64,000 nt of DNA, taken from NCBI GenBank assembly GCA_965644495.1, contig CBFFSA010000001.1, positions 186,001-250,000 of the forward strand. Direction: 5' to 3'. A program made the position numbers and the translations under genes. Shown in pieces: positions 55,209 to 64,000 of this stretch. Origin of the DNA: Perkinsela sp. CCAP 1560/9. Its lineage: Eukaryota; Protista; Euglenozoa: Kinetoplastea. The notes below the pieces were generated by a model. The model saw nothing but the letters and a program-made list of their open reading frames with translations. It searched no databases and was not told the DNA's origin. How positions within the stretch are numbered: position 1 is the stretch's first letter; each line of letters begins with the position of its first letter.

Positions 55209-55785
55209 AGGACAGCTGGCCACTTTTTCAGGTGGTGGCCAGCTGGCCACTTTTTCAAGAGGTGGTCAGACTGCCACTTTTTCAAGGGGTGGCCAGCTGG
55301 TCACTTTTTCAGGTGGTGGCCAGCTGGCCACTTTTTCAAGGTGTGGTCAGCTGGCCACTTTTTCAAGGTGTGGTCAGCTGGCCACTTTTTCAAGGTGTGG
55401 CCAGCTGGCCACTTTTTCAAGGTGTGGTCAGGTGGCCACTTTTTCAGGGGGTGGCCAGCTGGCCACTTTTTCAAGGGGTGGCCAGCTGGCCAGTTTTTCA
55501 GAGGGTGGCCAGGTGGCCACTTTTTCAGAGTGTGGCCAGGTGGCCACTTTTTCGGAGGGTGGCCAGGTGGCCACTTTTTCGGAGGGTGGCCACCTGGCCA
55601 CCTTTTCAAGGGGCGGACAGGTGGCAAGTTTTTCAGAGGGTGGCGAGCTGGCCAGTTTTTCAGAGGGTGGTCAGGTGGCCACTGTTTCTTAGGGTGGCCA
55701 GGTGGTCACTCTTTCAGGAGGTGGCCAGCTGACCACTTTGAGAAACAGTGGCCAGCTGACCACTTTGTCAGAAGCCACTTTTTTG
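55209..55785. repeat. 27-bp minisatellite, about 20 copies (copy B of the element at 950-1760)
   Basis: Unit CAGCTGGCCACTTTTTCAAGGGGTGGC with a TGGCCAGCTGGCCA palindrome; flanks shared with copy A. Confidence 0.92.
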
Positions 55786-55880
55786 AAGACGATTGGCATT
55801 GTTTTATCAATTCTTACTGCGAGAACGCCCACGAATTTTACTGATTGATACGACGAAACTGTTTTTCTAGAATCCAGGTA

Positions 55881-56523
55881 TGATGATGATGATGATCTGG
55901 ATACCCATTTGGCCTTTGCGGGCTGTGGGCTCTCTACCGCCCACGCGAGGTTGGCCCGACGGCTTGGATGTTAATCTGATGCGTACGACCGGTCCTTGCG
56001 GACCGGTGGGCGAGCCAGCCGTAGCAAGCCACGTCTGGCACTTCACAAAGGACGGGAGTCGGAGACGCAGTGAGGCTAGGCCACACACTGACCAGCGGTC
56101 CCTACGAGAGGGGCAACCAGTCCTCCGCGCGCCTTCAGAGAAGGTGGGAAGGAGTGCTACCCTAGTTGTTTGACACCTTGTTATATTGGTGCTAGGCAGG
56201 TCTTCCACAAAAAATTTCAGACACCCTAGGCATGTAGCGTCTTGTTTTATTGGCGCCGGGTGCTGAAATTTCGAAGTGCCCGATGACGCGGGCGGCGAAG
56301 AGGGCGGTGAAAGGGGTGTCCAACAGGACGGCGAGGAGGGAGGAGGCGAGGAGGGGAACCTCCTCCTGAGTCTTGGCGAGCGAGAAAGGCGGCAGAGAAA
56401 AGGGGTGGCGGGGAGAGCGGCGGGGAGCGCGGTGTGGAGAGTGGTGAATTGCACTTCGGGGAGAAAACCATATTGCCAAAAAGATAACATCTAGTAAAAC
56501 ATACGTTTCAAAAAGGTACAGAA
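55881..56523 (-). mobile_element. Retro-insertion with an (ATC)n tail, a 12-bp flanking duplication and an SL-like 5' end
   Basis: AGAATCCAGGTA at 55869-55880 and 56520-56531; (TGA)n run at the left end; the minus strand begins TTCTGTACCTTTTTG; absent from copy A. Confidence 0.55.
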
Positions 56524-56683
56524 TCCAGGTACTGTCACCCCCCCTTTATAGCGGTGGGAGCGCGGTGTGGAGAGTGGTGAATTGCACTTCGGGGAGAAAA
56601 CCATATTGCCAAAAAGATAACATCTAGTAAAACATACGTTTCAAAAAGGTACAGAATCCAGGTACTGTCACCCCCCCTTTATA
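56418..56683. repeat. Tandem duplication of about 133 bp
   Basis: GGGAGCGCGGTGTGGAGAG...CTGTCACCCCCCTTTATA occurs twice, nearly identical. Confidence 0.9.
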
Positions 56684-57038
56684 CTTCCGCCGGTTTCGGT
56701 ACTTTTGGAACTGTAAAGGGGGGGGGTCTGACTTTCGTAAGTATAAAGGGGGGGTCTTATTTCTTGAAAAATCCGCGAAACAAATGTATTTGAAAAAGGG
56801 GCAAAAAACATTCACCGCTTCGCGGCGCTGGTTTTCTATTATTCTTTATTAGGTACTTTAAAGTAAATATTTTTCCCTACCTTTATCTACCTCTATTTTT
56901 TTGTCAATGATATGTATGCACTGTAATCGCACTATTTCGTTGAAAATTTTCAATGTCTAGATCGGATTGTAATACAGAAAGTCGCGCTAATTTTGTCCAG
57001 TCTTATTAGTAATAAGACCTCGTACTAATTACCAGGAG

Positions 57039-57431
57039 GTGGAGGCCGGAAAGCGATTCATGAATGCCGGATCTGTAGTTCACCGGAAATGCGGAACTTT
57101 ATTTGCGAAAAAAGGCGTTCGGGCCTCACACTTTTCTGCCCTGAGCCATATTGAACGAGAAGAGAGTCAGATAGCGCGAGACGGAAAATGCTGTTGCAAA
57201 TACAGCTTGATACCAAGTCCTATAAGGCGTTCAAAGGTGTTCGAAACCATGATAAAATGGAAGTGTGATCACGGGGTATCAAACGCGGCCATTCAGGGTC
57301 CATTGTTGCAGACACTGGTAATTCCCATGGTCGAACAATATGTTCAGTACGCGTCTTGTGTTCTGCAAACATTACAAGCTGCAGTCAAGTGGTTGGAGGA
57401 AAATTTAGAAGCAGAAACAGGTACATTATAA
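57039..57431 (+). pseudogene. hAT transposase N-terminal remnant
   Basis: KGVRASHFSALSHI and WKCDHGVSNAAIQ are homologous to KGIRVSYSSALTHL and WKINHGVSNAALQ inside the hAT element at 23983. Confidence 0.7.
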
Positions 57432-59382
57432 CATTGTTCAACAATGTAATCGTTGATATTGCATGGCTTATCAACGACGATTAGGGAAGACCTGGCAGAT
57501 GTGTTTTCCACGTCTGATGCTGATGAAGCTTGTTCCTATCTATAACTGCCTGAAAACTATACCTGTGCAAGATTGTTTCCGATGTATTTTACGTAATCAG
57601 AAAAACTATTCCCTCCAACAAGGCCTACACTCCGCGACCCGAACACCCAGACTGCACAGATTCCCTCCCCAAATTGCACTAAAAGTCGACCTCTAAAATT
57701 ATAGGTACATAAAGTTTTGAAGGTAGTGTAGGTACTTTATAGTACCTTTATTCTGTTTTCACCTTTGAATCACCACTCCAAGTGGAAGCAAAATCAACTC
57801 TTCTTTCCTTTTAGCGAGCACTTAAAGCCACAGTAATAGGTCGTGGGGAAGACGTGTGCTTCATAGCTACTAAGTCATGCCTTACGGTCCTTTTGCTAAC
57901 AAAAATACCTTTTCTTTTCAATTTACCTGCTATCTTTCTAGCGCTGCTGTGTATGGGCACTCAAGCAATATCTTTAGGAGAAATAATATCAACTATTTTT
58001 TTCCTACGTTTTCTGACTTTTTTTGGGGGTGTCACATTTTGAATCACATTTTCGTTGGGTATGAACAATTTTGATAGAAACATTGAAATCCCGTGCTAGT
58101 CGCTTCTTTGGAATGCCCTCTTGAAAGCGCATATAAGACTTTTCCCACCTGCGTTAATCACCCTTTTGGAAGACGGTACTTGGATTTCATCATGGAAAAA
58201 AAAATTGTGTCAGGTTATTTTTGAAAAAACATACTTTTTATACTTTGAAAGTAGCTAGAAACAGCGGGAACGTGTAGATATTAAAATTGTGAAAGTGGTG
58301 TCATAAACCCCCTAGGCCCCTTCATGAAAAAAGTGAGAGGGCATACTTATTCGTGTCCCGATGTTTATATAAACTATATAAAGTTATTCGGACCCCTGGC
58401 TTGAGCCCCCCGAGCGCTGTCGCCACTCCCACCATGCGCTGAAGCGCGCTCAAAAATCTCATCAATGCCATGCTTCTCCTTAACATGGCAGACTGCGCCG
58501 GAAATCGCATCAAGGTTCTCGGACCGCAAGGTGACCCCCATACGTTTCATTAAACAGGGGCTTAGAAACGCTTGGTGAGCGTGTCCGATTCCTGAAATTG
58601 AGTCAGGGACCAAGTTCGGAAGACCGTCGGGCATAGGTAATCAAAAGTAAAATAGGATAATAACTTTCAGCCTCCTTGAAAACAAAACCATTTCATTTTG
58701 TTGGCTGCGTGCTTAGCTTTTATTCACTTGATGATCACAATGAATTATGTGATTGTCCTTTTCTATTGACGAACGATAGACAAAATGATGCAGCGACCAT
58801 GAAATCGTCGCAAACTACGGAGTACTGAAGAGCGCACATCAAATCAAAATACATGACAAAATCTCCAGCTCCATGGAGGCTGGGTTGCTCATTTTTTAAC
58901 AACACGTGGCGGGAAGCGCGAATGCACTGTCGCACATGACTGCTTACCTCGTGTGTTTCTAGATATCACGTATGACTATGCCATAAATATTTGCACCTTT
59001 ATGAGCGGACAGGCTCCCTGTCTTGTACCTGATGAGCCCAAAGGCTACACATGCAGCGTTATGTGCAGAATTTTCCACTAATGTTAGAACCTTATGAGCC
59101 TCTTGTCTATGTTCGTTGCGATGTTCGAAATCGCACCGAAACACCCCTCAAATGATGGGCAAAGTGATACAGCGACCACGAAAACAACTCCGAACAAAAG
59201 CATATTATTTTTCACATCTATAATTTTTAGTCGAAAAATTCGGGAAGGCATTTATAGAAACGAATAAAGGGGAGTACAAAGTGGTTTCCGTGAAATTTAT
59301 GTAAAAAAGTCACAAATGCTGGATCCTTAGAGCTTTATCCAGTGCTTCTACCCTCCGTCGCCCGCAATAGCATCCCAAATCA

Positions 59383-59976
59383 TTACTTTCGTTGGGTGAT
59401 GCGTCCTTGATTTATGCACAATGTCAGTCGGACTTTGCCAAGCACCTCTGGACTTGTCCCCCGCTTCCATAAGAATAATCTTCCAAAAGAATAACCACCG
59501 TAGTAGAGCAAAGCACGCAATCGAAAACGTGGAATTATCAGTCGGCCGTTGCTCATTTCTACGAAGGCGGCATCCCAGACTGTTAAGAGTCTTCTCAGAC
59601 TGATAAGAAAGTTGCTAATCAATTCTTCAACCACTAGATCATACTTTTTTTGGGGTGAGATTTTCTCGTAGGGGATAGAGCTCGCGCGAGATGAAACATC
59701 CCCTTTTATTCGTGAGATAAAATCTAAAGAACTTTCATCTTCACCGCGTTCGATGTTACATGCTACTTGGCCATATGCTACAAGACCCTCCCCATCACTC
59801 CACTCATCTTCACTAATAAGAGATTTATCGCCTGAATCTACCGAGAAATCACTCAAAGTCCAATCCGGGTCATCACCGAGTGAGCATGGTGTTGATATGC
59901 TCAGATCTGAAATTGAGCTAGCATCAGAGCGAGGGGAAATACAGTAACTTGACTCCTCATCCCATTGCAATGACAT
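59383..59976 (-). other. Antisense acidic ORF, probably a transposon remnant
   Basis: 197-aa ATG ORF opposite the gene cluster, with further fragments to about 58400. No diagnostic motif. Confidence 0.3.
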
Positions 59977-60576
59977 GTTCCAAGAAAGTAAAGAAAAAAA
60001 CGAAATTTGGCAATTCTACAACAAAACACATTTTGCGTTTGATGGTATCAATTTCTTACTCTATCGGATGCTTCAAATACATATGAACGCATGCTTCAAA
60101 TACGTATGAGTAAAGACAAGCTTTTCTTTCCCGATTCGAAGAGTTTTAAAAAAATCGTTTTTTAGCCGTTCATCTGGACGAAAGGCGTCATATAAGTAAA
60201 TAAGTAAATATAAGTAAATAAAGACTATTACTTTACAATAAAGTAAATATAATAGTGTAAATATTTATTATCAAAAAAAATTATTAGTGTCTTCACCGCG
60301 CTTGGCGACAAAATCATCGTATTTTTCCTTTCTAGAGGAGGCTCGCGCCTATCCTTTGAGGTACGTGTATAAAAAATTAAACAAAACATACACTTGTAAG
60401 AATGGTTCAAAAAATGCTGAACGACCCTGTACGCGAAATTGCTTCTCATAACAAGTATACAAGTTCGTCTTCGTACACGTCCTCAACTCTAACCCTCCTA
60501 CTCCGTCCTACTTCTATTCCTCTACAAGCTTTTTTTTTCATTTCCTCATACTCCATGCTTACCCCCATCCCCCACA

Positions 60577-62108
60577 ATGTCCCGCACAACTAACCCCCCT
60601 CCTCCCCTCCTCCCCCTCCTCCTCCTCCTCCTCTCCCCCTTCTTCTTCTCCTTCTTCTTCTTCTTCTCCCCCCACCCCTCCCCTCCCCCCCTCCCCCCCT
60701 GCCACGCCCTCGACAGCCCCCCGGACCCCTGGATCGCCCAGCCCTCCCCCTTCCGCGCCGACACCCTCTCCCCGAGCTTCGTGGCCTACCGCAGCGGGGG
60801 CCGGCGCCAGACGCCGCTGCCGGTGATCCGGTCCCACCGGCACCCCCCGGCCCCCCCGGGGCTCCACGGGGGCCCCCCCGAGGGGGCCGGGACCCTCGAG
60901 GAGTCCTACGTCCCCGCGGCCCCCCTGGAGCGGCACTACGTGTTCGCGCTGGAGGGGGGCGCCGGGGCCGCGGGGGGGCTGCCGGGGCTGCGCGGGGAGG
61001 GCTCCAAGCCCCCGTGGGTGTGTGCCGCGACCCCAGAGTACCGGATCTGCCCCGAGGGGGGGCGGCTGGGGTCGTTTTATGCGTTTGAGCGCCCGGGGAG
61101 GTATGGTGAAGGGGGGGAGGGGGGGGAGAAAAGGCAAGGGCGTGGCCAGGGGAGGTGCGTAGGTATGTGGAGGAAGTGGGGAAATATCGGGAGAGGCGTG
61201 GTGGGGGGGAGTTGGTAAAGGAGGATGATGGGTGGAGCTCAGGCTATGGGTTTTCGTTGCTGAATGCGTTGGGTAAGAGGGAAGAAATAGAGCCATTAGA
61301 CGATAGTAGAGAGAAAGATCTTCCCGAGGTACCGAAAGGTCGGGTAGCACAAGTTGATACGAAGGCGTGTGTGTTGCACCTGCGACATCATGGGTACGCA
61401 ACCCCCCTTAAGTATCCCAGGCTACAAAACGAGGTAATAACGCAGTTTCTGGCTCGCAGAAAGCCTCACTTGCTTCAAAACGCGGAGAAATACGGGTACG
61501 ACTCCTGGGACGAATGGTTGTCGCTGACTGCACGTGATCAGGATTACAATGCGCAATACTCACAATTGATTCCTAATGATAATTACGAGAGTGATAAACT
61601 TTTGGAGGAGATGACTCAACTCAGAATGTATTATGGAGATGCGATAGTGCGCGATGCGAGCAAGTTCGAAATTCACGCTGGTGGTTACCTTTCTATGCCG
61701 TTTGGTGAGTCCGAATTCACTGATTCTGACATGAATGAGGTAGGGCGTTTACTTGACGAATATGGCGGTAATGGAATATTGCTTCCTTGCGTGCCCTCCT
61801 ATACTCGCAAAATGAAAATGCGTCACGCAAGGGCAAAGAACCCAGGGGTGATTGTCTCTTCTTCAAACCAACCTTTGCGAGAAACACAACATTCTGCAAG
61901 TTTTGAGCTTGCTTTTGGTTCTTACGAAAGCAGCTATGAACATTTGCTCGATGAAGTTGAGATGTGCCAACCAGCTTTTTACGAAATCGTCGATAGGATG
62001 CAGGAGCGAAAATTTGGAACAAGGAACGGAGCTGACCAAAAGAAGAGTATTCGAGAAATACTTCGTACAGGAGTTTGGTGTCCATGTCATGATTCTAGGA
62101 GTGAGTAA
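60577..62108 (+). CDS. Hypothetical protein split by a frameshift in G homopolymers
   Basis: ORFs 60577-61218 and 61155-62108 join through the G runs at 61111-61126. Sequencing error or pseudogenisation. Confidence 0.6.
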
Positions 62109-62871
62109 ACTACGTGTCCTTACGCATAATCGATATGGGCAGTACGCATGACCATGATGTAGTATAGTATGGCCATGATTACATACACAAGTATCTGATG
62201 GGCAATGTGTCGGGGGTACGTATCGCGAGCTTCCACGTGTGGGTACGTCCGTATCTTATTTCACGGATTTCTTGCACTCATTTTTGTACATAGGATACTA
62301 TTCGATGTCGTTTTCCGCAGTCGACTCACTGTAGCATAAAATATGCACCGCGCTTCAGCTGCACTGGACTTTAATGATCAAGCATACTCTTTTTTCCTCA
62401 CTGAGGAATTCTACGACAACTAGTCGAACGTTTCCGCGTCAAACCCAAGTGAAGATTTACTGTATAGAAGTAAGAATCGGTAGAACAGTTCATAAAAGTT
62501 TTGTGGTAAAACTTATTTGAGTTCTTGCTGATTTCTCAAGTAGAATGAAGCAGATGATAAATATTGTATGCTTTCGTGCGACTTCTTGAGCGTACCTAAT
62601 GTACGCCCTTTTGTGAGATGTGAATTAATTCAAATTGAATGATTCAATGGATGTTCATTGGGCTGACTGAAAACTTTACTGAAATTGTCAAATAGCAACA
62701 CGTGTCCTCATCTCCCTTTCACATCGAATTCTTTTTCCGAATCGATTCGTAAATTTTGAACGCTATCTGCGCAACTGTGATTCTGCATTACATCGTATAC
62801 TGTGTAATAAAAATTTACACATTTGTATTACTATAAAGGTAAGATAATACCCAACAAAAAAATAAAATCGT

Positions 62872-63480
62872 ATGTATTCCTCCAAGAATTTCTTAATGTT
62901 TGGTCACATTGCATCATCGGACCCGCAACGTCGCTCTAAAGTTCGACTTGCGAAAGTGAGCGGAACATTTCTACCTGCAGAGTATAATTTAATACGACTC
63001 ATTGAAACTGTCGAAAATTGTCATCCTACCTGGAGCACGAATACACCCGCCTGCGAGTGGAATGGAATAGCGTGTGATAAAAAAGGTTCCTTGGAGAAAA
63101 TTTTCTGGTTCGATGATAACTTGTATGGAGTACTAAACTGGAGGTATTTGCCTTTGGGATTAAGACACTTGAATGTTGCCGAAAATCTACTTTGTGGTGA
63201 TGTACTTTTTGACTGTTTGCCTGTAGCCTTGGTTTCGCTCTATTTGTCTGCAAATCGTTTCAGCGGAACTCCCTGCCTTTCTCACCTACATGAACTGCGC
63301 ACGGTTGATTTGAGTCAAAACGAATTTGTGGGGTGGGTCGATGTTAATGCAATTCCATCGTCCGTGAGTCTTCTTTACTTAAGTGGAAACTTGGGACTCA
63401 AAGGCACACTAAACTTAGAACTCTTCGGTGAGGATTTGATATATGATATTAGCGAAACACAAATTGAAACAACTTTTTAG
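62872..63480 (+). CDS. Leucine-rich repeat protein
   Basis: Close paralogue of 35700 (EYNLIRLI...HPTWSTNTPACEWNGIACD). Confidence 0.88.
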   Translation: MYSSKNFLMFGHIASSDPQRRSKVRLAKVSGTFLPAEYNLIRLIETVENCHPTWSTNTPACEWNGIACDKKGSLEKIFWFDDNLYGVLNWRYLPLGLRHLNVAENLLCGDVLFDCLPVALVSLYLSANRFSGTPCLSHLHELRTVDLSQNEFVGWVDVNAIPSSVSLLYLSGNLGLKGTLNLELFGEDLIYDISETQIETTF

Positions 63481-64000
63481 TATATTCTCCTGGAATGAAG
63501 CACGAACGTTCTTTGAAAGAGGCGTCGTAGCCTCGACCAGATGGGCTTGCCCTTTAAAGTATCGAATCATCTAGACTTTTCAGGTATTCTCGTGATTTTC
63601 AAGGCTAGATAAAATGTTCAAGGATAATATGTTCAAAGATAATATGTTCAAGGATACCTCAAGGTGGGACGGAAGCTCCGTAACGGAATTATCAGTTCCT
63701 GCTGTATATTATCGGGAACAATTCCCTTTAACGTGCTAGTACTTGGATTCGTGCGGTTTCTTCTGGTTTGAAGTGCTCTGGATTGGGGGGTAAGAATTTA
63801 GTTTTCCCCCATAAGATAAAACGGCGTACTTGTATGTCGATAGCTAGTCCAGCGAAATCGGATTTTTCTTTTTCTAGAATTTCGATAGGATATCCACATT
63901 AAAATTACTATATATTGTTGTTTATTGATTTATTTATTGTTGTTTGGTTGAACGAACCTTGTGACACAATGAGAAAAATACGGCACTATTCTACACTATT

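Larger units (their letters stand above)
55031..58398 (+). mobile_element. Possible hAT element with nested insertions
   Basis: CGGGGATCCGAATAACT at 55031 and AGTTATTCGGACCCCTG ending at 58398 are inverted and enclose a hAT transposase remnant. The flanking 8-mers do not match, so pairing is uncertain. Confidence 0.4.

Noticed and set aside
55209-55785. CRISPR array or repeat-protein CDS
   Set aside because: Units are head-to-tail with no unique spacers, there are no cas genes, and the context is eukaryotic. ORFs in several frames arise only because the 27-bp unit lacks stops.
62150-62670. Further C/D snoRNAs (ATGATGT...CTGA; ...GGGCTGACTGA)
   Set aside because: Imperfect C boxes, single copy, and no rRNA complement that I could recognise.
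1-64000. Fanzor/TnpB nuclease, tRNA, rRNA or SL RNA gene
   Set aside because: No RuvC plus zinc-ribbon ORF, cloverleaf, rRNA segment, or full SL exon followed by a GT donor was recognisable by eye.

Overview
Eukaryotic, intron-less DNA in which every recognisable host gene lies on the + strand, which is the layout of a kinetoplastid polycistronic gene cluster. The LRR gene family and the Merlin element suggest a Perkinsela-like lineage (inference). Host genes: BCAT, an FG-nucleoporin-like protein, TSR3, XPG/RAD2, PRP19, a RING E3, a beta-hydroxyacid dehydrogenase, FCF2, a 3x dsRBD protein, type I DnaJ, mitochondrial EF-Ts, a P4-ATPase, an RRP46-like exosome subunit, three LRR proteins and a tandem box C/D snoRNA array. 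Intergenic DNA is dense with mobile elements: an intact 1613-aa HERO-like RLE non-LTR retrotransposon, a frameshifted CRE-clade element, an APE remnant, Merlin and hAT derivatives with perfect 8-bp TSDs, and many TA-flanked Tc1/mariner/pogo-type MITEs. The most notable signals are: (1) the HERO-like element carries five Mer3/HFM1-type zinc fingers; (2) spliced-leader-like relics sit at the 5' ends of two retro-insertions; (3) a family of HDV-like ribozymes lies in intergenic DNA; (4) a TIR element encloses the zinc-finger region of a related retroelement; (5) recurrent GC islands show a C-rich to G-rich skew flip inside genes. All calls were made by eye, with no database searches.
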